A stretch of DNA of 64,000 nt from an uncultured bacterium (GCA_963845185.1 CAWJRG010000005.1:320001-384000), one strand, 5' to 3'. Shown: positions 40,503 through 51,363, counted from the stretch's first letter. Notes: generated by a model not told the origin, from the letters alone. Program-made: numbers and translations.

Positions 40503-42170
40503 TTATTTCTTGCTCTTTTCGTGCATCAGCGTGCATGTAGTCGAGTCAACTATTGTTGCCGGCCCGAAATACTGGATCGGCCCCGGGAACAAATAATCGT
40601 CGTCCATTGCCCATTTTGCCCTGTTTTGCATAAAAACCTTAAACGGCTTGCCGTCCAGGTCAACAAGCGCCTTTTGAATGACAGGCTTGTCCTCGCCTTT
40701 TCTTCTTTCTATATTCATCATCATTGTAAGCGGCGCACCGCCCGCTGTCCATTGCGAGGGTTTCTTTATCAGGTTCTTTACCGATGACATATACCCAGTA
40801 AATCCGTTTAGTATTAAAAGCACAGCATTGTATCCCAGCGCATAGCAGTAATTCGTATCGAAGTTCGTCGGAAAACCGCACCTTCCCTCATATCCGAAGA
40901 AATGTGTTATTGCCGAGAACTTTCCCTTGAATGCGCCTTCCTTTTTCATTTGCCTTAATTTCTTTTCCACCATCTCGACAAGGAGCTTCTCTGTCTCTAT
41001 CTGCGATACCATCACATTGCCGTGCGGGTCCCTGTCGAGAATCAACTGGCTCTCTATATTTTCAGGTATCGACTTCATGAGCTCGGCCAGTCTCGGCTCC
41101 AGTATATTATAAACGTAATTCTTTTTCTCTCGCACCATTTCAAACGCCTTTATTTTCTCCTCGTGCGTTGCCAGCACTTCGTTTAAACTTTTTATAAGTT
41201 CCTTTATTTCAGGTATAAACTCTATCAGCCCTTCGGGCACAAGCGCCACTCCAAAGTTCTTGCCCTTGTCAGACCTTTCCAGTATAACCTCAACTATTGA
41301 ATCTATGACCTGCGCGAGCGTCATCTTTTTTGCAAGCACTTCCTCGCCCACCAGAGCTATGTTCGGCTGGCACTGAAAAGCGACTTCAAGAGTAATGTGC
41401 GAAGCACTCCTGCCCATGAGCCTTATGAAATGCCAGTATTTCTGGGCTGAATTTACATCCCTGCAAATGTTCCCGACAAGTTCCGCGTATATTTTTGTCG
41501 CTGTATCGAACCCGAACGAAGTTTCTATCATATTGTTTTTCAAGTCGCCGTCTATAGTTTTTGGCACGCCTATGACCTGCACTGGCGCCTTTTCTTTCGC
41601 AAAATATTCAGCTAAAAGCGCCGCGTTTGTATTTGAGTCGTCCCCGCCTACCACAACCAGTGCATCTATTTTGTTGTCAAGTAAAGTGCGCTTGCTTTTC
41701 TCAAATTGCTCGGGCGTCTCGATTTTTGTCCTGCCTGATTGTATAAGGTCAAAACCTCCGGTGTTTCTGAATTTATCCATCAAAGCCGCTGTAATTTCCT
41801 TCATTTTTCCGTCTATTATTCCTGACGGCCCGCCCAAAAATCCCATCAGCTTGTTTTTCGGGTTTGCCTTTTTAAGCGCGTCAAAAATTCCTGCTATTAC
41901 GTTATGCCCACCGGCTGCCTGCCCGCCCGATAAAACAACTCCGACTTTTACCGGCTTGCTGTTTAATTTAGGATTCTTGCCTTTTGCAAATACCACAACC
42001 GGCCTGCCGTATATATTCTTGAATATTTTTTCCAGTTTATCGCTGTCGGCTATGCTTTCCGTAGCTGCTCCGGTTTTTGGCTTAATCGAGGAAAACCTGT
42101 TTTTTAAAATTAAAGGCAATTTAGGCTTGTATTTAAGCCTTTGTTTCTGTAACTCTGATAATTTTTCCAT
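40503..42170 (-). CDS. pfp: PPi-dependent phosphofructokinase (long clade)
   Basis: SGGQAAGGHN, GGDDSNTNA, PKTIDGD, MGRSASH, GYEGRC. Confidence 0.95.
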   Translation of the reverse strand: MEKLSELQKQRLKYKPKLPLILKNRFSSIKPKTGAATESIADSDKLEKIFKNIYGRPVVVFAKGKNPKLNSKPVKVGVVLSGGQAAGGHNVIAGIFDALKKANPKNKLMGFLGGPSGIIDGKMKEITAALMDKFRNTGGFDLIQSGRTKIETPEQFEKSKRTLLDNKIDALVVVGGDDSNTNAALLAEYFAKEKAPVQVIGVPKTIDGDLKNNMIETSFGFDTATKIYAELVGNICRDVNSAQKYWHFIRLMGRSASHITLEVAFQCQPNIALVGEEVLAKKMTLAQVIDSIVEVILERSDKGKNFGVALVPEGLIEFIPEIKELIKSLNEVLATHEEKIKAFEMVREKKNYVYNILEPRLAELMKSIPENIESQLILDRDPHGNVMVSQIETEKLLVEMVEKKLRQMKKEGAFKGKFSAITHFFGYEGRCGFPTNFDTNYCYALGYNAVLLILNGFTGYMSSVKNLIKKPSQWTAGGAPLTMMMNIERRKGEDKPVIQKALVDLDGKPFKVFMQNRAKWAMDDDYLFPGPIQYFGPATIVDSTTCTLMHEKSKK

Positions 42171-42181
42171 GGTTTCTCCTT

Positions 42182-42284
42182 ATGATTTCGTTTACTTTGC
42201 CAAGCCGTCAACAGGCGCAGGCAAAGTATTACGAAATCTTATACCCGCTCAAGTCCGAGGCCAATAGCCGAGGACAAGTGGTAT
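42182..42284. repeat. SD-adjacent element, copy 5 (upstream of pfp)
   Basis: GATTTCGT-T-TACTTTGCC..GCCGTCAACAGGC..GGCAAAGTA-TT-ACGAAATC + ATACC-CGCTCAA-GTCC-GA-GGC..GCC-GA-GGAC-AAGT-GGTAT. Confidence 0.85.
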
Positions 42285-42395
42285 TGTTTATTTTAAGAAT
42301 GCATATCCTCAATCCTGTTATGCCTCGCTATTATATAAAAACCAATAGAAATTTCAATTGTTTTTTGGTTGTTGATATCGCTTCCCAAAGCATTG

Positions 42396-42581
42396 GTAGA
42401 GGAGCGCTTGAGCTCCAGTTTGCATAAGTGTATGTGTTTGTCTTTCACTCCCCATTAACAAGGGGGAGTAGAAGGGGGTTTACAGTAGTGAAAATGTAAG
42501 CAAAGAAGAGCGGCAACAAGCCACCGCTCTACGCAGTATTTTGCAACAGTCCTGCGTTGTGGCAGTCAAGCCTGCCGCTAC
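42396..42581. repeat. Cluster of degenerate REP-like palindromes
   Basis: GTAGAGGAGCGCTTGAGCTCC; CTCCCCATTAACAAGGGGGAG; GAGCGG..CCGCTCTAC; GTGGCAG..CTGCCGCTAC. Confidence 0.45.
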
Positions 42582-42626
42582 TTATGGCTATCTTCTATCA
42601 TATAGAAAATATTCGCTTTTTACCCC

Positions 42627-42654
42627 GAAACTTTTCGAAAAAATAGTTGTCTAA
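42627..42654 (+). promoter_or_regulatory. Putative ECF-sigma promoter for the GH8 gene
   Basis: GAAAC-N17-GTCTAA. Confidence 0.5.
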
Positions 42655-42711
42655 AATTATGATAATAAGGTTAATTGTGTTATTAAATTTAATTAAATTA
42701 GTTTAAATTAT

Positions 42712-42740
42712 TTGACAAATGGCATTTGTGACTGTATAAT
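42712..42740 (+). promoter_or_regulatory. Consensus sigma70 promoter for the GH8 gene
   Basis: TTGACA-N17-TATAAT. Confidence 0.65.
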
Positions 42741-42802
42741 TTATATAAATTAGTAAACACATTTTCACATTGAGAAAACGTGAAAAGAGGTCTGAGTCTT
42801 TT

Positions 42803-45800
42803 ATGCAAATGAAAAAAGTAATAGTCCTAACTCTATCTATATTATTATTGGCATTTTCATATTCATTTGCCGTACCCCCTGTCGTAAATATTAATTCAAA
42901 CTATCCTCTTGGTACCGGGCCTTCTATTCCATTCCCTCAGTTTCTTAATTATACTCCTTCTACACTCACTTTCACTGTTTATTCCCTTGCAGACCCGGCT
43001 CATACTCAAACAGGTTTGGCGCTTCACCAGCCTGACGGCGTGTCCCTCGCTGAAATGGAGCAATGGCTAAGGGATGCCTGGCAGATTCATGCGAATGAAT
43101 TTAATACTAACGGCACCGTAACATATCAATTAGTAGGCGGTGGTAATGCAACAATAACCCTTATCCAGGACAGTTCAACCCCATATTGTTCCGAGGGCCA
43201 TGGATATGCATTGCTTGGTGCAGCTCTTATGGCTGATAAGCAGACCTTTGACGGGCTATGGTTTTATCTTAATGAAAATGATTATTTTAACGACACCAAA
43301 GTATACTCTACCGGCACAGTTTATAATGCGGCATATCAAGCCGGCATACATGCTCCTGCCTGGGCAGGCGCTGGTTCTGATTCAGCAACTGATGGTGATG
43401 ATGATATTGCCATGGCTGCCCTGCTGGCCTGGAAGCAATGGGGCGACAACACAGGCTACTATGCGCCGGGCGGCACTGGCGCAAATAATTCAAACGGCCG
43501 GCCTGCGATACAGTATAAGCAGATGGCTCTTGATATGATGCGGTTTATGGTAGCAAAGTTTCTTGATTCCAATAATAAATATACCTGCGGCGATATCGGC
43601 TATGACGGATATGTGAAAGGCGGCAATACATGGAATGAAGTAACGAACTGGTATACGCCAGGGGATCCTTTGGAGCATGGCGGACCCCAGGCAAATTCAT
43701 ATTTTGACTATTGCGACCCAGCCTATTATCGGTGCTTTGGTGCAACACTCCAGGCGCAAGGCGACCCAGTATGGAACTACAGCCAGTATGCACGCGGAGC
43801 TGCTGCCTCAAACTGGGCCATGGGCCAGCTCGCAGCAAACGCTGCATATAAAAATACTACAGCCGGTACTTATACAATAGCCGGAACAACAGCTACTTTC
43901 GGGAATTCAAACCTTGGCGGCGAAGATTTCCGTACAGTATGGAGGGAGGGCGTGGATTACCTGTGGAACGGTAATCCTACGACGTCATGGGACCCTACAA
44001 ACCATGTGACAATTACAGCCTCAAATACTTACGAATATAATGCGGGAGTAAAAGAAGCTCAGTTCTCTGAAAATCCCCAGCAATACGGCACAGGTATTGC
44101 ATGCGAGAGCTATGGTTCATCGCCGGTAACTTACCAGGGAATTGCATCTTTAAATGCGTATAATCTCGACGGCACATTATACGCCGACAACTGGCATATT
44201 AATTATGAAGTTGGAGCGCCTGCAGCTGCTGCCACAATCGCCCAAAATTTTGACGAGATGGGTGAAATATTCAGGGAAGTTACTTGCCTCTGGGATACGG
44301 TCGGCGGAAGTGATAATTATCTCAATTCTGTACCACACTATTTCCATGGTTTCTTCAGGGAAGTTTATTTGCTTCTCTTAACCGGAAACTTGATAAATCC
44401 ATGCAACTGGATTGTCCAGCCAAACATGAAAATTTTTAAGGCAATTGACAAAACCTATGCTTTCCCGAACGACCTTATAACCTTCTGGATTAATTACCGC
44501 AACTACGGTTCTGTAAACGCAGCCGGTGTAACAATTATTGACACCCTCCCAAATGCATTTACTTTTGTTTCTGCTACAGGAGGCGGTACATACAACTCGG
44601 CAAATAACACGGTCACATGGAGCATAGGCACGGTCAATGGGCTTGCAAACCAGAACTATGCCGCGACAGAAGGCGGAGTAACATGTATAGTCGAGGTCCT
44701 GCCAAGCGCAGCGCAGGGCAGGTACTGCAACTTCGCTGATATTGCCTGCACAAACGGCCCGGGCTCCACTACGTCGCCTTTCCCAAATACAGCGCCGTCA
44801 AACCCTGCAAATATAAACGGTACTGTGATGACGCGCAACTGCGTGGACATTGTGGCAGGAGCACTGACATTATCAAAAACAGCAAACCCAACTACTATAA
44901 ATACAGGAAGTGCCGTCACTTACACTCTAAATTATTGCGACTCGTCAAAGGCAGGATGGTTAAACGGCGGCAGGTCGGGCGTGGACTTTTCTTTCGGGCT
45001 AAAGACCCTGCCCGGCGCAACTTCGACCGACCTCGACTTTTACCTGCGGGCAAACCATGAGGCAGCCACGCCCATGATTGACTGGGGCAATTACAGGATA
45101 TCATATTTTATTAATTCTCCGTATCACGGCGCACAATGGACCTTTAGCCAGTATAATGCCGAGGGTTATAATTCTGCTGGGACCATAATAACAACCGAGG
45201 ATTTTGCCGCATGCTCCCCTACTGCCTGCACTGACGCCAGCGGCAAATACTGGAACCAACGCCTTATGATACAGCCCGGCCATGGGTCAGGCGAGCCTAC
45301 ACACTTACTGTTCTGGAAAGCAGGGACTTCTGCTGCCCTGCATTTTGGCACAGAGACTTACGCATTTTTTATGGAAAGCGATCTTACAGCCGGTTATGCT
45401 GCCCAGGACTGGACGGACGACTGGTCACAGCAGCAAAGCTGGGATGTTTGCTCGCAGAGTGACCCGCTTTACCCGATAAGCCCAGACTGGACAGCAGGCG
45501 ACGGTACCTCAGTGCCTGTCACAAAAATAAACAAAGACGCCTGCCAGACCTCGGCATACCAGGTGACAAACGTACTTATTGAGGAATGGGACGGCTATTG
45601 CTGGCGCAGGGTTTTCGGCAACGGCCCCATGCCAGGAAGAGAAGTAGATAATGTTGTTTTGACAGATTCCCTGCCAACTTGTCTTGATTTCGGCGGATTT
45701 ATAACAACAAGCCCTGCAGGCACATGGACATCAAGCACAAGGACACTTCAATGGAACATAGGCACCATGCAGGTAAGCCAGTGCGGCCAGGTACAGTACT

Positions 45801-48800
45801 ATGCGCTTGCCAATAACACATGCTGCACCACGGTAAAAAATCTGGCTTTTATTTCCGGAGACAAGGAAATGTCTGTTTCTTCCACAGCTTCGGTACTTGT
45901 CGTCTGCGGGACTGTAATTCCAACCCGGACGAACACAGCTGGTTCAACTCCTACATTTACTGCCACGTCAACTTACACAAGGACACCTACAGCTACATAC
46001 TCGTCCACTTATACAAATACGCCTACGCCTACTTCCACGCCTACAAACACGGCTACACGGACTTATACGCCAACAAATTCGCCAACGCCTACTTCTACAG
46101 TCACGCCTTCTCCTACTTATACAATGACTCCTACACCTACATTAACCCGTACAGCTACATATACTTACACTTATACAATCACATTGACCGATACGCCAAC
46201 TCCTACTCCAACTGTAACAATTACAACTTCCATGACATATACCAGGACATATACTCCTACATATACTCAAACATACACGCCCACTGCAACATCTACTTAT
46301 ACAAACACAATGACTCCTACACCTACATTAACCCGCACAGTGACATACACTTACACAAGTACAATCACTCTCACTGATACGCCAACCTCTACTCCAACAC
46401 TAACAATTACGACTTCCATGACATTCACCAGGACATATACTCCTACCTATACACAAACAGACACGCCCACTGCGACATCTACTTATACAAATACAATGAC
46501 TCCTACACCTACATTAACCCGTACAGCTACATATACTTACACTTATACAATCACATTGACCGATACGCCAAGTTCGACTCCAACATTTACAATTACAACG
46601 TCCATGACATTCACAAGGACATATACTCCTACCTATACTCAAACATATACACCCACTGCAACACCTACTTACACAAACACTCTGTCGCCGACATCCTCTT
46701 ACACACAAACAGTAACATATACTTACACATATACAATCACGCTGACTGATACGCCGACTCCTACTCCAACATCAACAATTACTACTTCCATGACCTTCAC
46801 CAGGACATATACGCCTACCTACACACAGTCAGACACACCAACCGCAACGCCTACCTACACAAACACTCTGTCGCCGACATCTTCTTATACACGTACAGCC
46901 ACATATACTTACACATATACAATCACGCTGACTGATACGCCGACAATCACAAGCACAATAACCCCCACATATACTATAACCATGACTTATACTGTGGTAA
47001 TAATATCAGCAACCATAACCCCAACATATACGATAACTCCTACAGACACGATAACTAAAACATCAACGCCATCGTCAACCAACACAGTTACATATACTTA
47101 CACATATACAATCACGCTGACTGATACACAGACTCCGACTCCAACATCAACAATCACGACTTCCATGACATTTACCAGGACATATACGCCTACCTACACA
47201 CAGACAGACACGCCAACAGCTACACCTACATACACAAACACTTTATCGCCGACATCATCTTACACGCGCACAGTAACATATACTTATACATCTACGATCA
47301 CACTAACTGATACGCCTACATTCACAAGCACATCAACGCCGACCTATACCATAACAATGACTTATACCGTGGTAATAGTATCAGCGACAATAACCCCAAC
47401 ATACACGGCAACTCCGACAGACACGATAACCAAAACATCGACGCCATCTTTAACCAGCACAGTGACATATACTTATACATATACAATTACTCTGACAGAT
47501 ACGCCTACCTTCAGCCCGACACTGACAAATACAGTTTCAGCGACATACACGCGGACAAGTACGCCTACTTACACCAACACTGCCACATACACTTATACCG
47601 ATACAGTCACTCTGACAAGCACAAGCACGCCGACTTACACAATAACAATGACTTATACTGTGGTAATAATATCAGCCACATTTACGCCGACATACACGAT
47701 AACTCCTACAGACACAATAACCATGACGTCAACGCCGACATTGACGCATACAATCACATATACTTATACATATACAGCAACGCTGACTGATACACAAACG
47801 CCGACTTACACAATAACAATGACATTTACCCAGGTAATATTATCAGCGACATTTACGCCGACTTACACAATAACACCTACAGACACGCCGACCTATACAC
47901 ACACCATGACATCTACGCCGACATTTACTCCCACATCAACATATACTTACACATATACCATAACGCTGACGTCCACATATACCATAACACCGACATACAC
48001 CACGGTCATAGTATCAGCTACATTTACTCCCACATATACTGACAGCCCGACCCTGACAGCCACGCCGACATATACCAACACAAAAACAGCCACATTGACT
48101 TATACCGGAACTGTTACCCTCACATATACATATACAGTCACAATCACCGATACTTTCACTGACACGTTTACAGCAACGCCCACATATACGGATTCGCCGA
48201 TAGATACTCTCACTTCCACGCCGACCTACAGCCCGACCATGACTTCCACTTACACTTTCACAAATACACCTACAGACACTGACACGCGCACTATAACAAT
48301 GACATTTACCTCGACATCCACGCCTACGGTCACCCGCACATATACAGACACGCTGTCACCGACTTCAACTTACACTCATACAGTTACATATACCTACACA
48401 TACACGGTTACTGAAACATTGACGCGCACTTCATCCCCGACCATAACAGCCACATACACCATTACGGCTACGCCCAATATCAACACGCCTGTCACGCCTT
48501 CTGTTTCGCTATCTGTTAGCGGCGACAACCCGAGGCTCGGCGCCAAAATTACCTATACCCTTGTCATTGACAATACTTCAAACACAACTATCAGCAACAT
48601 TTCTATATGGGACACGCTTCCGGGAGAGCTTTCTTTGGTGTCTATCAGCCTGCCGGCTGTCCCGACTCCTACCATATCAGGCAATTACATCGCCTGGAAC
48701 CTGACAGGAACTGCAGGAACACTTGCGCCGGGACAATCCATAGTTGTTCAATTTACTGTTGATTTAACTTCCTTTGATCCGGCAAAACTGCCTGTCACAA

Positions 48801-49156
48801 ATATTATGGCCATTGACTACAACGACCCGTTTTACAACGTCACCAAACACCCGCCTGTTTACTCCAACAACAGTTTTTACCCCGAGGGTAAGCCTGTTGT
48901 TTATCCAAACCCGTATAACCCGAACAGGGCTATTGGAGGCATGCTTAAATTCGAAAACGTAGTTCCCGGCTGCTCCATACAGATTTACACTATATCCGGC
49001 GAACTGGTTTCATCCATCGAGGCTCAGGGCATCATCGCGTACTGGGATGGGAAAAACAGGTATGGCGAAAAAGTGTCTCCCGGAATTTATTATTTCGTTA
49101 TCACAAATCCGGGAAGCAGCACTATAAACGGCAAAATTTTTGTGATTTATAACTAA
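42803..49156 (+). CDS. Giant secreted GH8-like glycoside hydrolase with DUF11-like domains, Thr-rich linker and FlgD-Ig/T9SS-like C-terminal domain
   Basis: Signal MKKVIVL...YSFA; SEGHGYALL and SATDGDDDIA GH8 motifs; ITFWINYRNYG/IDTLP DUF11-like; VYPNPY...IYTISGELV...WDGKN..G..GIY. Start 42803 or 42809. Confidence 0.8.
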   Translation: MQMKKVIVLTLSILLLAFSYSFAVPPVVNINSNYPLGTGPSIPFPQFLNYTPSTLTFTVYSLADPAHTQTGLALHQPDGVSLAEMEQWLRDAWQIHANEFNTNGTVTYQLVGGGNATITLIQDSSTPYCSEGHGYALLGAALMADKQTFDGLWFYLNENDYFNDTKVYSTGTVYNAAYQAGIHAPAWAGAGSDSATDGDDDIAMAALLAWKQWGDNTGYYAPGGTGANNSNGRPAIQYKQMALDMMRFMVAKFLDSNNKYTCGDIGYDGYVKGGNTWNEVTNWYTPGDPLEHGGPQANSYFDYCDPAYYRCFGATLQAQGDPVWNYSQYARGAAASNWAMGQLAANAAYKNTTAGTYTIAGTTATFGNSNLGGEDFRTVWREGVDYLWNGNPTTSWDPTNHVTITASNTYEYNAGVKEAQFSENPQQYGTGIACESYGSSPVTYQGIASLNAYNLDGTLYADNWHINYEVGAPAAAATIAQNFDEMGEIFREVTCLWDTVGGSDNYLNSVPHYFHGFFREVYLLLLTGNLINPCNWIVQPNMKIFKAIDKTYAFPNDLITFWINYRNYGSVNAAGVTIIDTLPNAFTFVSATGGGTYNSANNTVTWSIGTVNGLANQNYAATEGGVTCIVEVLPSAAQGRYCNFADIACTNGPGSTTSPFPNTAPSNPANINGTVMTRNCVDIVAGALTLSKTANPTTINTGSAVTYTLNYCDSSKAGWLNGGRSGVDFSFGLKTLPGATSTDLDFYLRANHEAATPMIDWGNYRISYFINSPYHGAQWTFSQYNAEGYNSAGTIITTEDFAACSPTACTDASGKYWNQRLMIQPGHGSGEPTHLLFWKAGTSAALHFGTETYAFFMESDLTAGYAAQDWTDDWSQQQSWDVCSQSDPLYPISPDWTAGDGTSVPVTKINKDACQTSAYQVTNVLIEEWDGYCWRRVFGNGPMPGREVDNVVLTDSLPTCLDFGGFITTSPAGTWTSSTRTLQWNIGTMQVSQCGQVQYYALANNTCCTTVKNLAFISGDKEMSVSSTASVLVVCGTVIPTRTNTAGSTPTFTATSTYTRTPTATYSSTYTNTPTPTSTPTNTATRTYTPTNSPTPTSTVTPSPTYTMTPTPTLTRTATYTYTYTITLTDTPTPTPTVTITTSMTYTRTYTPTYTQTYTPTATSTYTNTMTPTPTLTRTVTYTYTSTITLTDTPTSTPTLTITTSMTFTRTYTPTYTQTDTPTATSTYTNTMTPTPTLTRTATYTYTYTITLTDTPSSTPTFTITTSMTFTRTYTPTYTQTYTPTATPTYTNTLSPTSSYTQTVTYTYTYTITLTDTPTPTPTSTITTSMTFTRTYTPTYTQSDTPTATPTYTNTLSPTSSYTRTATYTYTYTITLTDTPTITSTITPTYTITMTYTVVIISATITPTYTITPTDTITKTSTPSSTNTVTYTYTYTITLTDTQTPTPTSTITTSMTFTRTYTPTYTQTDTPTATPTYTNTLSPTSSYTRTVTYTYTSTITLTDTPTFTSTSTPTYTITMTYTVVIVSATITPTYTATPTDTITKTSTPSLTSTVTYTYTYTITLTDTPTFSPTLTNTVSATYTRTSTPTYTNTATYTYTDTVTLTSTSTPTYTITMTYTVVIISATFTPTYTITPTDTITMTSTPTLTHTITYTYTYTATLTDTQTPTYTITMTFTQVILSATFTPTYTITPTDTPTYTHTMTSTPTFTPTSTYTYTYTITLTSTYTITPTYTTVIVSATFTPTYTDSPTLTATPTYTNTKTATLTYTGTVTLTYTYTVTITDTFTDTFTATPTYTDSPIDTLTSTPTYSPTMTSTYTFTNTPTDTDTRTITMTFTSTSTPTVTRTYTDTLSPTSTYTHTVTYTYTYTVTETLTRTSSPTITATYTITATPNINTPVTPSVSLSVSGDNPRLGAKITYTLVIDNTSNTTISNISIWDTLPGELSLVSISLPAVPTPTISGNYIAWNLTGTAGTLAPGQSIVVQFTVDLTSFDPAKLPVTNIMAIDYNDPFYNVTKHPPVYSNNSFYPEGKPVVYPNPYNPNRAIGGMLKFENVVPGCSIQIYTISGELVSSIEAQGIIAYWDGKNRYGEKVSPGIYYFVITNPGSSTINGKIFVIYN
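46121..46970 (+). repeat. 186-bp (62-aa) tandem coding repeat in the Thr-rich linker
   Basis: Unit starts at 46121, 46307, 46493, 46679, 46865. Confidence 0.85.
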
Positions 49157-49236
49157 GCAAAAAGGTATTTGTAGAATAAAACAAGGGGACTTAAGAACAC
49201 CAGAATATGACTTTATCTATTATGCATCAGTGTAAT

Positions 49237-50586
49237 TTACTTTTTATTCATCTTTGCCGCGAAAAAGCCGTCCATATTCCTGCTGTTTCCGGGAAGTGAC
49301 AGGAAATATTTCCCTTTTCTAAAGTCATGTACAATTGGCAATGCCTGATTTCTTCCTTCAAAAATATCTGCTATCTCATAATCCTTGTTTTCATTTAAAA
49401 ATCTTTCCACTAAAATCTCGTTTTCTTCAGGGTTGAATGTGCAAGTAGAATAAAACAGGCTGCCGCCGCTTTTTGCCCATCGCCCGGAGTTTTGCAGAAT
49501 TTTCAGCTGCAGTTCCGGAAATTTTTTCATCTCAGTTTCCGATAAAATCCATTTTTTTTCGGGATGCCGCCTTATAACGCCGAGACCTGAACACGGAGCG
49601 TCAACAATAACCTTATCGGCGATTCCGCCAAATTCTTTTATTTCCCGTGTTGCATCAACATTTTTTATTTCGATATTTTTCGTACCAATCCTGGCCATGT
49701 TTTCCTGCAGCAGTTTTATCCTTTCCTTGTCCGGTTCCACAGCTATTATCAGGCCCCTGTTTTCCATTTCCTGCGCCATATACAGGGCTTTCCCGCCGGG
49801 CGCGCTGCCAACGTCTATTATGGTTTCACCCGCGGCCGTGGCTGCAAAAAACCCCATCATTTGTGACGATAAATCCTGTATAAAATACATTCCGTTTTTA
49901 AATAAATCATTATTTATCGCGTCGCCTGTTTCCACCATCAGGCAGTTCCTGTTTATATCATCACGCTTTGTCTTTACGCCAGTTGCCTCAAGGTCTGCCT
50001 GCAGTTTTTCAACTGTGGTAGCAAGCGTGTTTACCCTAAAAAACACCGGCGGTTTTTCATTGCATGCCGCCAGTATTTTCTCTACAGCGTCATCCTTGTA
50101 ATATTTCCCTAAAAATTCCACCATCCACTTTTCATACGAATATTTCACTGACAAATAAGCAAGCCTGCCTTCGATTTTCACTTCCCTGTTTTTATCATTA
50201 TTCCTCGCCACATTCCTTAAAACGCCATTTATAAAGCCAGCTTTATTTTTATGCCCTGTTGCTTTAACCAGCTCAACTGCCGTGTTTATGGCTGCATAAT
50301 CCGGTATGGAGTCCATGTAAACAAGCTGGTAAAACCCGACGCGCAGTATGTTGCACAGCGAAGTGCTTTCCGGCATTTTTTGAAAATAAAACGAAAGGTT
50401 GTAGTCAATAAGGTTTTTGTTGCGCAGGATTCCGTAAACCAGTTCATAAACTTTTTTCATGTCTTTGTGTTCGCCGTCTACATCGCCGGCGTATTCGTCA
50501 ACCGCGTCGCTCAGCCACTGCCTCTTGTCAAATATGCCGTCCAATATTTTTAAGCTTATAAACCGGAAATCGGATTTACTTATCAT
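49237..50586 (-). CDS. rsmB: 16S rRNA m5C967 methyltransferase RsmB/Sun
   Basis: NusB-like N-terminus, FIQDLSS, GSAPGGK, DAPCSGLGV, YSTCT. Confidence 0.93.
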   Translation of the reverse strand: MISKSDFRFISLKILDGIFDKRQWLSDAVDEYAGDVDGEHKDMKKVYELVYGILRNKNLIDYNLSFYFQKMPESTSLCNILRVGFYQLVYMDSIPDYAAINTAVELVKATGHKNKAGFINGVLRNVARNNDKNREVKIEGRLAYLSVKYSYEKWMVEFLGKYYKDDAVEKILAACNEKPPVFFRVNTLATTVEKLQADLEATGVKTKRDDINRNCLMVETGDAINNDLFKNGMYFIQDLSSQMMGFFAATAAGETIIDVGSAPGGKALYMAQEMENRGLIIAVEPDKERIKLLQENMARIGTKNIEIKNVDATREIKEFGGIADKVIVDAPCSGLGVIRRHPEKKWILSETEMKKFPELQLKILQNSGRWAKSGGSLFYSTCTFNPEENEILVERFLNENKDYEIADIFEGRNQALPIVHDFRKGKYFLSLPGNSRNMDGFFAAKMNKK

Positions 50587-50752
50587 AACGCCTCATTTTT
50601 GGATTTTAAGCCTTTAATTTGATTTCTTTTGGTTTTTTCGTTGGATTTGCTGTATATAATTAGGAATCGGGCATCGGTTTTATACGCCCAGCCCGGTATA
50701 TAACGTTGCTTGTATTTCTATTTTTTCCTATATGCTTCCTCTGTGTTTAGAC

Positions 50753-51142
50753 TTACTGGTTATTTATCAGCTCGTTTATTATCTTTTTATCTTCTTCTTT
50801 CAATACGAGAAATTCAATCCCTGTTTTATATGTGCCGGTCTTTTTATCCTGCGATATCCATCGTACCTCGGCGAAAGTTATTATCGGTTCCGGCTTTTTC
50901 TCAACGTTAAATTCTATTCTGAGCAACTGCTCAGGCTTGAGTTCTTCGCCTTCTATAAGTAATTGTATACCGCCCATGCTTATATTAATGCTTTCGGTAG
51001 CCTTTTTCTGTGCTTTTTTCTTTATTTCTTCAATTTCGGTGGGTGAAGAAATAATTTTATAAAATACTTTTATTTTTCTCTCTATTCTCTTGAACTTTCT
51101 TCTTTCAACGAATATCTCGCCTTCAGGCATAATCCGCACCAC
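50753..51142 (-). CDS. PilZ-domain protein
   Basis: RRKFKR (RxxxR) and NISMGG motifs, GIEF end. Confidence 0.85.
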   Translation of the reverse strand: MVRIMPEGEIFVERRKFKRIERKIKVFYKIISSPTEIEEIKKKAQKKATESINISMGGIQLLIEGEELKPEQLLRIEFNVEKKPEPIITFAEVRWISQDKKTGTYKTGIEFLVLKEEDKKIINELINNQ

Positions 51143-51305
51143 CTTATCCAGTTTTTTAAATTCTAATACTTTTACCCTAAAAATTCAAGCTGTTTTTAAG
51201 TATAATAATCCGAAGTTTGTTAAAATATATAAAATTACTCATTTTTAAACATTTCCACGATTCCAGGTTCGGGGGAAATCGGCGCATTTTTTGCTAACTT
51301 TTAAT

Positions 51306-51335
51306 TTGACAAAACCTGAGATTTAATTATATAAT
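51306..51335 (+). promoter_or_regulatory. Sigma70 promoter for tRNA-Leu
   Basis: TTGACA-N18-TATAAT. Confidence 0.6.
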
Positions 51336-51363
51336 TGTCATGCTCTAAATTTGTTGCTGTTTC

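Noticed and set aside
46000..48500. CRISPR array
   Set aside because: The repeats are in-frame coding repeats with third-position variation, no unique spacers and no cas genes.
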